64,000 nt of DNA from Ylistrum balloti (taxonomy: Eukaryota). Positions within the stretch are counted from its first letter, which is position 1; every line of letters starts with the position of its first letter. The position numbers and the translations under genes are program-made. Below the pieces are notes generated by a model. The model searched no databases. It had not been told where the DNA came from and was given only the letters and a program-made list of their open reading frames with translations. The stretch is taken from contig NW_026782299.1 in the NCBI RefSeq assembly GCF_031769215.1, positions 3,782,001-3,846,000 on the forward strand, read 5' to 3'. Below, piece after piece: positions 41,401-56,300 of the stretch.

Positions 41401-43639
41401 GGTTGTTTTGCGAGATTGTAGGCTTGTAATAGTGAATGTGATTGTTTTGTAGGACATGCATCAATCAGTGATCATTTTTATCATAGAGATTGAACGCTTC
41501 CAGTACGGATTATTTATTGATACATATTTTGTGAGGTGTATATAGTTGTTTAGGAGGTAGTATTGCAAGAAAGAGAACAGATATTTTTGCATTGACAAGT
41601 GTGTAGGAGTCTGATAATAACAATAGTCTTGGAAAGTTTCCTATCATATATGATGCCATGTCAGTAAAGTTTTGTTTGCATTTTGCACAAAAAGGTTGAT
41701 ACTTTCCCAGGGAATCAAACCCTTTTCATGATTACTCTTTTCTTTCTATCCTGTCATTTCCATCTCTGCATTTCCTCAGGTCTTACTGTTTTCTCTCAGC
41801 TTAAGCCATGCTATTTATTTAATACCCCACAAAATAGCTCAAATAATTTTCAGTTTCCCCTTCAGTCAGGTTTATCGTTATTTTCTCAGATATATATATA
41901 TAACTGGAATCTACAGCAGGATGTCTTAGAATCACTGAAAGAATATAGTTTTATAATGTATCTTTTAAGTTCTAGGATATTGTGAAACAAAATTTAACTA
42001 AAATGAAAAATTGGCATATTGATGTGGACATACATCTCAGTATATTTTTTTATAGCAAGACACAAATCTTCTGAAATTAAAAATGAAAAATGTTGGTGTT
42101 AAAAAAAGATGTCATACATGTGTTTATAATGACATGCATACAACAAGACACAAACCCATTTTCCGAGCTATAAAATAAACTTTTGATTATTGTTCAAACA
42201 AAATTATTGGAGGTGCATTTGAGCAATTTTTTTAATGAGACTGATCATTTAGTATACTTTATTTGATTGTTATTCATTGTAATCACAGAGGCATGCAAAC
42301 GTGAGAATCACTGTGATGTGAGATTGTCACCTGAATATTTTATGATGTGGAGGAAAAAGATTGGAAGTTAGTCTTAGTAGTTGCCACCTGTTACTATGTT
42401 GTTTTACATTATTTTAATACAATTTTAAAGATGTATACTGTTCCTCTGTGTGCCTCTAGCCAGTATTTTGGTTTTGTTTTTAGTTACCATTCATTTTAAC
42501 CTTGCCAGTGTATTTAAATGTCATTCAGGGTGCTGGACTGGCCAAGCCAACCATTTCGCTCAATGATTTCTTACACTACAATAAAAATGTCAAAATATTA
42601 TTTTGTTCCCTTAGAAGGTAACTAAGCGGAAATGTATTTAATATTTATAATCATCTTGCTTTTGTGTTATGTAAGAATTTAAGAAAATGTGTCAAAATGC
42701 CTTTTTTCCACTTTGTCTATTTAGGTATAGTATGTCTTATCCATGACAGTTCTGCACCAGTGAACTGGTTGGTAGGAAATATTACCTATTTAACAAAATA
42801 CACAATATTCTTATGTACCTTTCAAAGGTTTGTTTGGTTGAATAATTCTTATGTTCGGGATTGTGTCCATGCAAATATTTTTTCATGTATTTTCTAAATT
42901 ATGGAACATGTTGGACATTTCATATATAAATATATGATGTTACATGCAATCGCAATTAAATTATGATATGATTTTTATCACCTTTTTGACAAATTATTGA
43001 CATTACAAAGTTTTACATTTGGCATGGCCATTTAAGTTGAAATACAGAATTTCATTTTGTAGTTTGATCACATTTACCAAGATCTGTTAAATGAAATGAA
43101 GGTTGATTAGGGCTACAAAAATCAATGTTTGCTTTTGTGATCTTTAAATAGAATCTGACCCCTTGAGTACATGGTAAGGGACAACCTTCTCCAACTTATA
43201 TGAAGGTTGATGAAAGTATGCGTTCAATTTCAGACAGTATGTAGGGAGGTGAAAATAGTTTGAAATTATACAAATAAAATCTCTTTTTTAAAAAAAAAAA
43301 AAAAAACTACGTCATATGTGTTTATTGTTATTATTTTCATACAATGGCTATCTTTACACTTCGCTGTTGTATGGTATAGCATCTGTTGTCTATTCAACAA
43401 CTATTAGTATATAGGTCTGGGTATTTTGCCAACTGACGTCAAGGATGGAATGTTTTTAAAAGTAAGTCAAGGCCATTCATAGAGGTAACCTCCAGCATCC
43501 CGTCCCAGTTACTTGTTGGACAAATATGTCCTGACCATTCTTCTTAGGAACTCTGTGATCCTGAAACGGGTAACTAGGACGGTGTTGTTTCCTTGTATAA
43601 CTCCCCTTGACCTATTTGATGTCACGGATGAACGATAAT

Positions 43640-43960
43640 AAGAAGTTTTGGTTTCGTTACAGGAAAAGATCGAGATAAGTAGCTGTTGTAGAAGAGTCTG
43701 TCTACCTTTGATTTCCAGTTCTGGTGGATATATACATATATGTGTACGATGGACGTGTCAATAAATTTCTTGTTATTTAATGACGACGTCATTAATATAT
43801 CTGAAGGCGACCTGTTTGTTTGTTACCTGTTTTGATAAGCTCTTCAATTAATTCAGTCTCATATAAAAACAAGTCCACTAACAGAGGGGGCACATTTGGA
43901 TCCCATATATATGCCAATAGTCTGTTGGAAGATTTTAATGTACAATGTAGTACAAGTTGT
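43640..43960 (-). mobile_element. Degenerate Penelope-like element reverse transcriptase fragment
   Basis: Minus-strand translation across frameshifts gives QQTIGIYMGSKCAP.LVDLFLYE, RYINDV, NNKKFID and YPPELEIK..TDSSTTATYLDL, matching the PLE RT motifs GIPMG / RYIDD / YP.ELEIK. Confidence 0.75.
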
Positions 43961-46900
43961 CTTTCTTTGTTAACAAGAATATTTCTAGGACATACCCCAG
44001 GTGACCGTTAAGGCCCTTTGGCCTCTTGTATTAGCATATTCATTTGAAAGTTATAGGGATAAATGCTGAGATTATTTTTGCAATCTTTCAAAGTTATGGG
44101 TTCAAAGGTCAACGGCACTTAGAAGTTCTAATAAAGCCATTTAGCAGTAAAACTGGCTTTTGAACAGCCGCATGCATTTGAAAGCTTTAGGGAGACTAAT
44201 GTGAGGATTATTTTGCAAAATTTTAAGGTCACAATGCCTTAAAGCCGTTGCCTCTTCTCTTGAATTTTAAGACGACCGTTAAGGCTTCCGGAACCTTTTA
44301 GTTAATTTTACCTCCTTGCTGAACGTATGGAAAGTTCTTTTATAAATCCCATCTGGAACGGAAACTCGTTATAAAATCCTCTCTTTATAAATAACTTTTC
44401 GGCTAAATAGAATCGAAATGCAGATATTGTTCTTGTATATCATAAATATAAGTTTTCCTCACTTATAGTTAAATGGGATGGATGGTATGAATAGTACAAA
44501 TTTTCTATATATCAATAAAATTCAACTTCTCCCCAGCTAACATGTAATGGTTAATTTTCAGAGATAAAGAGTTTGACAGAAATAAATCATATATTTATTT
44601 CGACTGCAGCGTAGTTAATTATGAATTTAAAGGTACTAGTCTTTTGTGTGACACATATATAAATGATAAATGAGTTATCAGGAGTTTCAACATGTATTCG
44701 GTTTGAGTGGAGCTCTTTGGTGTTGTTACAAAGGTCAACACAAGGTGTAGGGATGGACGTTCCCTACCCGTCGATATTTCTGTGGGAGTTCATTCTGATC
44801 TCCAAAAGTTACTGCCCTTCGTTTCTCTTTAAAGAGCTGAGAAATGGACCAGTGTGTGCTGACGCGATTGTCTACTTAAGAAAAACACTTTTAACCTAAC
44901 TGCTCTGGATGACATGCAATGGGCCTCCTTATGTTGCTCATTGAAGTATCAACCAGCTATCACAAGGCGATCCTGCCTCAAAATTGACTTAAAATGACTG
45001 TGAATGACGAACAACCCAGCAAGCAAACTTTGCGGCGAGCAATGCATGGTTACCTGACTGCGGGTAAAGACATCTGGAGTATATAGATGGAACTGGTAAA
45101 GCCAACACATCTAAGCTGTACTGATCTCCCTGCACATTTTAATTAAATCCCATAAAAATCGTGCACATGACAATACGCATCCTCCTTATATAGTATCTAA
45201 TAAAGTTCTGATGTCTTTATCAGACACCGTTCAATATAGAACGCCTAAATCAGCCTTATGTCCAGGTAAGCCATGTGTATTATAATTTGATACACTGTGT
45301 GAAATGTTGATGATTTTATATCTAGTTCGCTATGTATAATGTAGATGCCAATATCTTTTGTAGTGTTAGCATTCCTGAATCTCCAGCCAAATCCACACAC
45401 CCAGATTAATCTCCATTATTGAAAGTGAAGCGGGAGAAGACCTTCTATAATTATATACTGGACACATTAGGTGAAATTTACGGAATACGTCATATGTTCA
45501 AATTAAAATTGTTCGAGTGATTCTATCAACAAATGGATGCTTATATAGAATGATTTCGATTTTGCATTATTTATCCGAATTAATATAAAATGTGAAAAAT
45601 GGGAAAGTTATTTCAAAGATTAAACAACATGTCACGGTAAAAATGTAGATAAATATTTGATAAAATCAGGGTTTTATTATAGGGAAGGATTCAATCTACG
45701 CTGACAAAATGTCGTTTTCATTTCAATTTTATTCCGTAAGCGACTTATTGGACACACACGATTTTTCCAAATGGAATGTAATATAGCATACATTCATCAG
45801 TCGTGCTTATTTCATCATCATCAACTTGTTGAAAACATACAATTTTACAAATGATATTACATAATATGTATTCAAAAATAGTCGTGCATATGTCATCATA
45901 TTCAACTACATGTATATATCGACAACAACAAATACAGTGTTATTAACGAAACAAGAAATGACTACAATGTATATACTCGTCATAATCTTATAATTTCCAC
46001 ACGGACTAGTTAATATAGATAAGAGCTATGATAATTAGTATACCATTTATGGTCGTACTTAATTGGCTTTAAATATTATCTAGCTAGTTTACGAAGATCG
46101 TTTATGGTATCGACACTAAGCAATTGTAAAAGTTTATACACGGAAGAAACTCGCCAATAGAATGGTTTTGTATATTTCATTCTTTAATTTCGGTAATTCT
46201 CTTACTTATCAAAATAAAATAACATTCATCTTCGGTGTCGAAATTACGACTCGGACAAAGTCATCGTTCTCTTGGTATGTTATTATATATGCCAGTTTCA
46301 ATGGCCAAATTAAATGCAGAAAAGCGAAGTTTAGATAAGCAAATTCGATATTGTATAGGAAAAGACTTCGTAAATAATATTGTAGATTAGATGCAGGTGA
46401 CCGTGCCCAATCCAATATCATTGCCTTATCAAAACACCAGTATTTTTGCAGACTTGTGAGGTCTTGTACTATCCTGGTCCTTGGCGAAATATACTCTTTC
46501 TGCCACAGTTATTATATAAAACACATGTGTTATAATGTAACATTGACGATATGCTCAACTAGGAGGATATGGTAATGTATATTTGAATCGCGAAAATTAA
46601 TAATTCGCAAAGACAAAATTTTCTACATTAGCTGAATCCATTGATTAGACATATATCCCATCAACAATTCGCTTATTCCTTTTTTATTTTTAGATGATGA
46701 AACAAAAACACAAAAACGCAAAAAATATACATCTACACACAATCCAGCTTTTTAATCCGATAGGAACAACATGGCTGAGCTAAACATCATGCAATAAATC
46801 GAAATTTTACTCTTTTTTTACCGTTTTCGAGGGTCCTTATTTTCGATGGGACTTTATATGCCCACTATTGATATACAAGATTTGGTATAAGGGGATATTT

Positions 46901-47334
46901 TTTATCAACATTTCAAAGTCATAGCGAGAAATCAAGAACCAACAAAATAATATATGTCTTTAAAAAACATGACATTTTAGGCAAGAACATTTCCCGATAT
47001 TTCTCCTTGCTTTTTGCTCTAACTATTGCATTCAAATTGATCAACTGTCAATCTTGTCAAATTATTCACGAAATATTTAAATTCGAAGTCAGAAAAAGAT
47101 TAATTCTTAAAGTAAATATCTCGCGAGATCAGAAGGATTTGTAAAACATATGAGGTACATATGCGATAAGATAAATCGTCAGATCATTTATGATAAAAAT
47201 ATAATATCCCCGGACAAACGTCCTCTCTATATGTTAATGTCTCCTTATCTGGGTAGATAGGGACACATAAAGGACACTGTTGCTCACTGTATTCGGAAAA
47301 TTGACATCAGATAAGTCGAAATTTGTGAAACACG

Positions 47335-50300
47335 ATGAAAAAGTGGCTGTGGATTTTTACCGTATTTTCACTTTCAGTGGAATATTTAACAGGTAAGAAA
47401 TGACAATCTACAATTTATTATTATGTGTCCTTTTGAACTTTAATGCTAAAAATAATGTGTCCTACAACGTAAAACTAAAGTATGTGTAGAAATTCTCCCA
47501 GACCCATCAAAATTCTATGAGAAAAGGACTTGTAGATTTATCACACGTTTAGAACTTAAATGATGTTTATTGCTCATTGTAATTTGATTTTTCGATTACA
47601 ATTTCTTGACAGTAAAGTAGGGTTATACCAAGATATCTATTAATAGAAATCGAACCTTCTTGATTGTGTCCTTTATTGCCTAATGACCAATGAAATGGGT
47701 GTAAACCAGCCGTAGTAGTCTGTAAATTGCCAACATCTTGGTTGAAAATCTTGAACAAGACCCTGACTATCGAATCAACTCCGACATCTAGATAGGATAG
47801 CTTGGGCATGCAGGACTGTTTCTCTTCGGAAATGGTAAATACGGATGTTGAAATCATTAGGCTTATCAAACAGCATGTAGCGGCTTATGTAAAAATAATT
47901 ATATACATTGATACACAGTAGAATTCCAGTACATATATGATGTATAACAAAACCTATATCGTGACACTTTTACCATTAGGACGACAGCGCACTTCTTCTG
48001 TAACTTTGATCGTAATAAATTTACCGAGTCGCATATATCTAACAAAAGCGTTGTTGTAATCGCAATACTGATTAAATAATGTACACTAGTTTATATTGAA
48101 GAGATGACGAATAATCTCGCATTCTTAAAGAATTCTTACAGCGATTTAGTCCTTCTAAGTGGTCAGTTATAGTTGTATAGGAATCGAAAATCTAGGAAGA
48201 ATGGATATTATTATAAGAACTATTATACATAGAATTTATTAAACATCAAGAGATATTAGAAGTGAGATTTCTTTAATACAAAACTCTTAAAATACGTAAA
48301 CGTTAAACTCAGGGCTTATTCAACACTTATACTTATAAAGTACATCGCTACATATAATAGAACACATATGATCTGATAAATGACCTTTTTGACCTTACTA
48401 CTGCGGAACGTTCAGCGCTATATTGGAGATGAATTATGTTTATGTGTCATTATTAAATATCTCACTACGAGATAGGTATAATATCCCCTTTTGATGGGTT
48501 AAGCGGTTACCAGGCCAGTGCTCAAGTACTTACTATTGATTCTGATTGAGAACGAAATGGATGGACTTTAGCCGATGTAAATTACTAAATCTATTGATTT
48601 ATGGGATTCTTTCATTTTCCTTCATAGATTGTGAAATTTCTTTCATTAAAGTTGGGTTTTCCATACCGCCTCATAAGTATCAAACGTTTGATCCTTAGAA
48701 TTACTGACGAGTGTTTCTAATTCAAAATTTGCTTTAAGGCTGCTATTCACTCGTGTGTGGGTGTGTGTCTGTGTGAGTTTTAATTTTTTTTTTTTTTCAG
48801 TCTTTGAGTTTGATCCCTTATGATCACTGATGCCACCACGTAAACACGAATAGAAATGGTAAGCCTATCGTGTACGTGATAATGGCTTAATTCTATGTTA
48901 GAATTTGTAGGAAAATATTTCAATGTACTGTGTGTCTTTCGCATGTTTATTGCTGTGTTTTATGTTATCATTTGTCGGGGTGAGGATTCTGAAAAGATTG
49001 AACAAAATACAGAACAGATAGATAACCCTTGTCGACACAAATCCGTCAAAAATAAACACGCCCGCTATTTGCCCAACTGCGTCTTAAACTGCACCATACA
49101 CCGTCCCTAATTGATCGAATTTAACGTTTGAAATGTGAATTATTTTGTCTAAGAAATGAAAACGGTTCTGTATTCCCGAACTCCAAGTCCAAAGTCATTA
49201 ACATCACTCGAGTGTAGTTCAAGAAGAAAACTTCCGTTTTGCATTCTTTTGAAGCTGTATATATACTTCAGCTATTACAAAATTAATCCTTTCATTCAAA
49301 TGATTTCCACTTTTAGCACTGTTCTTCTTATTTGATTGACGGGGCAAATTTCGAAGTTTGGGTTTTCTACCGGTGGTATCCAAAACTACGCTGTTAAAAA
49401 ACACACGATTATAGCCTTGTTTTCACCAAGTTCGATGTGTTTTTATTTTTACACTGACTAGTGTAATGTGGTGATTCCTAACTTTAATGAAAAGGAAAAA
49501 TAAACTTTTCTAAATTAGCCTTTGCACGTTTGTAAATGATTATGATGCTTAACTTATTTGGGTGTCGCCAGATTACTTTTACTGCAGTGTTTTGTATGTG
49601 TTTCGCCTCTCGGCATCTTTTTACTTGTTTTGTGTCTTGGCTCTTGATTTACTGTGTTGCAACCGTTTAAAAGGGATATTTTTTTCTTGGCTATCTTTGA
49701 AAGATCTTCATACGTATAATTAAAAACAAAAATCTTAATTTACCTATTTGGTATTGTATAACAGTACATGTCCTCGATAAATTTTCACTGTTATTATCGT
49801 TCAACAATAACAATAAAATAACCTACAATTAAACACTTGTACAGAAGCCGATGGTGTTTGCGGAGGATGTTTTAAAGCTCCAGATTTCACTAGTTCGTAC
49901 ATCTTAATGGAGGCACAAACAGACCAGTCTGAAGAAATAGTAGAACACGGATTAAATGAAGTGCCAATTAAAGTAGACGTACAGGTAAAACCTATAAATA
50001 CATCTGATTACGTGTTTCCGGGACTTGGCTCCGCCCAACGAGATGATGACGAGCCGGGTACTTACGGGGGCGTGGTCTACAAGTATAACGACATCTCGGT
50101 TGTGTTATATGTTCCCAATAGAAATGATGATAGCTCCTCTGGAACAATCATCTATACAGGTAAATATAAAAAAAATAATTTAATGACTTTTTTCATATGA
50201 ATTCAATTGAATGAAAAAAAATGCTTGAAGACAAAATTCTATTTTCAGTGAATATTAAGATACACAATAAAAATTGCAAAATGTTATTGAAACACTTGTG

Positions 50301-53300
50301 AAGGATTAAAAAAACTTTTATTTATAACTACATAATAAGAATAAAATATTAAGATGCATAATGATATTATTTACAGGCAGTAAAGTACAAACAACATGAA
50401 TATATTAAATGTAGAAAAAAATTGATGTAGTTACTTTTCTCAGTATATAGCCTTTTAAAAATATGACACTTCATGATATTTCCATATAGACACGATTATT
50501 TCAACAAACATAACGGAAAATATTATTACAGTATATCTATTTCTTAATCTACGTATAGGAAACAACACATGGACTGGCTCCTTCATTATGACAGAAAATA
50601 GGGCAGAGGTGAGGGCAAAAGTGTGGACAAATTGTAGTTTTCCTGCTCCACAATTCGATTCTGACTGGTTTCCGATATCAGTGAATAATGGTGAGTGTAC
50701 GATTAATTATCGGCCGTAATTGTATAAAGTAGACACTCGATAGTTCGGACACCTTCAACGCTGGCAAAACTCTTTCGGATTACTGGTACTGTTAAAGTGA
50801 GAGGTTTAACGTGGTAGATTTTCATTTAGTCAGTCTTTACATTAATTAATGAGAGATAATTTCAACAGGTCTACAGGATTTTAATTACAATGCAAATGCA
50901 ATAATGAAATACAATAAATAAAAATATGAACAAAAGAAAGATTTACACGGAGTTTCCTAGAAAAGTACAATGAGAATGATACTAAGTGCTCGAGTTTGAA
51001 TTGTCCGAAGTAACCTCTTGTGTTTCACAGTTTAAAGCCTTTAGCAACACTAATAAGGACGAAAACTGATGTATGCTGTAGTCCTATGGGAATGTTTCAT
51101 AATATTTTTCTACACCACAATACCATAATTGCAATCTAAAGGAACGCCTTCGTTCTCTTATTAAAATGTTTTATTTATTAATTTATTTTCAGTTATTGAG
51201 TTTTGAAGCATTATTACTCGTTTCTTGCCGTGGTCATTTTCATTTGTCAATATAGACTCGGAACCGAGGGAAACGCTATGTCTCTTTACTTTTCATAGTT
51301 GTATATTTGTTTCAGGCAGCAGATCATTTAAAGAAATTCCACATGGGCTAGGAACGTATCCAGAATATGTTTCTGTGCAGATAAAAGACAAGAATTCTAA
51401 TTGGTATTCTGATGGCATTGGTAAGGTGTTTTTTCTTTGATGTTAATTTGTCAAATTTAATGCGTTCTTAATCGTTTTTGTCTTCTGCCTTAGTTTTTAT
51501 CAAGAGGTTGTCGTCTGCTGATGGCATATCTTTAAGGTATTTGATTGTTTTTTTTTTTTTTCATACATTTACTCATTTATAGAAACGATAGAGATATCAC
51601 AAAGTTTTAAGGAACAATAAAAGTCTAAAACTACAAAATTATTCAACACACACGCTGATTTCGTTTACTAAGTGTCAGTTTTAGTCTTTTTTCTTTGTAT
51701 TAGAACAATGGTTGTTTTCGAAAACTTCAACTGTATCGACATTTTCTACTTATTCAAAAGATAATAAAATTACTTACAGGGTCTGCAATGAATATTCAAT
51801 CACTTAACCAGCAGTCTGCATGGGGAGGTGTCATTTACGGATTCAATGACAGCCATGTTAGAATATGGGTGCCAGGATTTGACTCGGGTAAAATCAATAT
51901 CTAGTACCATTTAACTACAGATTTAAAATTACTTATAATGGAATATTGTTTTAAAAGGAACAGAGAAGAAATATCGATGTGACGAATCTCATGCCTTTCC
52001 TTGTTATTAACTTCCAACATTCATCTGCATTTGCATATTATTGTAATGCTAAAATCTATCCCATATTTTCTGTTGAACGTGTGAAATAATATGACAGATT
52101 TTCCTTTTGTTTTTGTTTTTGTGTCGACATACTGAATTTTTGAAATATCTTATACTTAGTCTTGCACTATATGATAATAATTTAAGTACATTTATTGAAA
52201 TTTAATTAATTATTCATCATGGTACAATGCATTTCATTCCTTTTCTGTATCGTCTGGCTGAACGTTTTCACATTCTTGACACTATGTTTAAAGTGTGGCA
52301 ATGCTTCTTATGGATTTCCTACTGTAGGAAGCTTGTTCAGTACTGCTGATGGTTGGGGTCGAGGGTCAAAGGAATATTGGAATGAAGGCTTTGTAAGAGT
52401 TCGGGTATGGAGCCACTTTAACGGTGACCTGGTATACTACAAAGCATCACAACTGAGTAATACCAAAAGAAAAAGATCTCTACTTCAACCATCGCAGAAA
52501 AAAGGAAACTTGCTGGACATCGACACTGGAATGATTTACCTTACGGTGAATGTTAATCATGTGTTCAGTTTCTGTTTGTGTTGAGGGTTGGGGTGGGAGT
52601 GGGCTTTGGCGGTTTGTGAATGTGTTGAGGGTGGGGATGGGAGTGGGCGTTGGCGGTTTGTGAATTTGTGGAGGGTGGGGGATGGGAGTGGGCGTTGGCG
52701 GTTTGTGAATGTGTTGAGGGTGGGGATGGGAGTGGGCGTTGGCGGTTTGTGAATGTGTTGAGGGTGGGGATGAGAGTGGGCGTTGGCGGTTTGTGAATGT
52801 GTTGAGGGTGGGGATGGGAGTGGGCGTTGGCGGTTTGTGAATGTGTTGAGGGTGGGGATGCTTGACCTCTTTGAAATAAAAGTAAAAAACAGGGTATATA
52901 ACGAAATCGTCAACAGATTGGGTTCAATATAATTTTGCTTCTTTTCAAGTACGTAATGTTTTACAAGCTACATTAATACTCATTATCTACACGGGACATG
53001 CTCCGTTTATTTATTCGCAAATGTATTTATTTGAGCTTGTTTTAAACAACTGTACTTTGTGCAATTAATTGATTTTGTAGTGATTCAATTCGAGAGATTG
53101 TTCCATATAACGCAACATGATATGATAAAAAAAAAACTAGTGTTATATTCAAATAATTGATTCAGTGAATGTTATATCTATTTATTTCTTTTATAGGTAA
53201 AGGCAAATGATGGCGCTAACGACGGATTTTCATTCCCTGGAATGGGAGCGGTACAGAACTCCGACCCCTTACAATCGTTTGGCGGAATCGTGTACGCTTA

Positions 53301-56300
53301 TGGTCCAAGAATTATATATCCATGGCAACACGTCCACCATAGCAACCAGTATCTGATTTACATCAACCAAAACTGGGGTGGAGGTAAAATGACTCAGAAG
53401 TCCAACAATGGCAGTATGGTAGTGCGGTTTTGGGAACCCTACTCCGGTAGCTGTATGTATACTTCTTGTTGTCGCGATTCAATAGTTTGATTCTTAATGT
53501 CTCTAAATCAAGGTATTTTGAAGAAAGAAGTTTAAATTATGTAAATTGTTTTATGCTTCATATAACGAAAACGATTTCATGTATCTTGAGATACCAATTC
53601 TAAAACAACCAGTATAATTTAAATTATTAGTTAATAGTTATTTCGTTTTAATTGGTTGAATTTTGTTTAATTATGGTCAGTAAAGGAAATTTATTATCAT
53701 CTATCGTCCTTTGTTACTGTAAGAAGATAATATATCTGGTTCTAATATTGCTAAAGAGAAATATAATTTGAACTGGTGTCGTAGGTCCAACCTCCCCAAT
53801 ATCCCATGCAGTTACCATTCACCTCGACGGCGGAAATCCTACTACATTATCCCGACCAGGTAAACAAATGGTGTATTATCAACGATACAACGAAATATCA
53901 TGTCCTTTATCATACATATGATATATCACATTTACAACGAATCAGCCTTATTTATCTATATGATTTTTAATCAAGGTGCAATGTATGTTAAATCATAATT
54001 CATGTTCTAATTTGGTCCTAAATCCCATTGTATGCATATCAATTATATCTTTATGAAGACAATGATCATTAAGTTATTGTATTAAATGTAAAATTAATGT
54101 ATAAAATTTTCGTACAAATAGTCAAACTTTCAAAACGAACTGATTCACCCAAATTAAATTGACTTCCATTTCGATTGCAGCAATACTATCATCAGTTACT
54201 CACCAATCGACAATTGGGGTCAGGTCATCATCTGTCTCATCCACAGGTAATTCAATGAAATCGAAATGATAGTCAACCACAGATGGAAAGCTGTGCTGTG
54301 AATTAAATCCCTTACTGTTAGGATCATCACCATGTGAAAAAATATAGGGGATTCTGATATATGTTCCCCTGTTTAATATGATGTATGTTTTCACAGTTGA
54401 AGGCGACATTTAATTTTTCTATACATTCGCATTTAGTAGCAATCCTTTTACATGACCTATTTCCTTAGCATCTTTTTTCATCTTGTATAAAATTTCAACT
54501 CCCTCCAGAACACCATTGACGTCGCGATTCAAATTAGGGTTACATGCATATGCATAACAGAGTGTAAACTATGTATTGCTTTTTATAAAACATACTTGCA
54601 TTGCTATACCAGGTGAAATTTGCACTACTGTATGAATTGTTTTAAATCACATGTATGTTTTTTTTAAAGATCTGGTTATCTTACACTTAATTAGGGTATT
54701 GTATAAAGCACAGTTTAACATTCACGGGAACATCAAAATACAAAATTCTTCATAGTCTAGATCAATATTCTAGCATATGCGAATAACACATGCATCTTAA
54801 CTCATTCAAATTTTAATATCTAGAATTCTTTATTATTAAATATTTTCATACCTAGTTTCTATGGTTTGTATAAAGATGTATCATCATTTTCAAAATTCAC
54901 CACTTCCATGCGCATTTGTATACTGTTTTTAACATTACCCTGTAGATCGATGCCATTTTAAAAATCAACTTGAACCGCACTTCTGTGTTATATATTATCA
55001 TGATTGTATTTTGTGTATCGTATCAAAGACAAACCTTGTGATTATGATACAGCTGTTTTCATCGTCCTATGAAAGCCAGGGTATGAATTCGACACAAGGG
55101 CTGAATTATTGTTCTGTTCTGCTCTGGCAATGATCTAATAAATTTGTTTAAAAGTGGATTTATGTAAATGACTCAAGTAAACGGTTGTTGTAAACAAAAA
55201 TGGCTTATTTTGTTAAATTGGTTTACTTTATTGAATTTTTTGTAGCCACCCAACCCTCGATGAATCCCCATACAACTATTGGAAATACCACAGTCTTATC
55301 TCAAGGTAAATGTTGATACCCTATATTATAAACAAAACATTAATAGTGATAAACAGTTTTCACTCTGGAATAAAAAGAATTTTGCAATATTCTATGAATA
55401 GCGGCTAGATCGTATTTCTAATGTTAAAACCTTATTCAAATTTCGAATCCTTATTCCTTGAATAATCGTTTCCCTTCTTTTAAGAGACAAAAGTTATAAG
55501 TGATCGTCACTTTTTGAGAGGTGTTCAGTTATTTTCACCAGTTAAAGAGGGTTTCATAGTTGTAATAAAATAACGAAAATGCATCCCATTTCAGCGAACA
55601 CATCAAAAGCATCTCAGGGAATGAGCGGTACAGGTATGTTATCATAACAAATTATACTTACCAACGACAAGATAAAACCAACACGTTGTGTTTGTACTGA
55701 ATTACTGTGAACATAACTCACTTAACGGTACAATAGCTTTCCAACATTTGCGTAAAATCATCTGCAATACCTGCAATAAATCATGGACATCGTTTATAAT
55801 AGATAGGAGCAAATATCCTTCAAATTATCTTTTACGAATAGTCTTTGTTTCTTCTACCTTAGTGTCATAATTCAGACTGATATTGTAAAAATTGAGTTAA
55901 TGATGACGTTATTCATATTCGGCAGATTTTTATAGATACGAACATGCATACCTACTTCCTTTGATATGGGGGATTGCAACTCGGAACCATTTTAATTCAC
56001 AAAAACTTTCTGTTTTGTATGCAGCTTTAAATTCAAAAAGCAATAATTAAACTTTGAATTCAGACCTATTACCGCGATATTGTAGAAGATTATGATTGTT
56101 TTCCAATTAGTTCAATTACTTATTTTTCCCTAGTATTAGGAATCATCATTGGAGCCTGCCTGTTAGTGGTGGTTGGTGTGGCTACTGGGGTTTTGTGCGT
56201 CATTTTCAAAAAGAAAAAGGCGAAAATTGGAGAAAAGGTAACGAAACCAGTTATGTTTTGCTTTGATTTGACCGGTAGGCGAATTGTAACATGAAGTAAC

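Noticed and set aside
48690-48730. CTGACGAG motif resembling a decayed PLE pLTR hammerhead (plus strand)
   Set aside because: GAAA is missing (CAAA) and stems II and III do not pair. At best a dead remnant, not supportable as a ribozyme.
52557-52913. 118-aa minus-strand Pro/Thr/His-rich ORF
   Set aside because: It is a translation of the 44-bp G-rich minisatellite.
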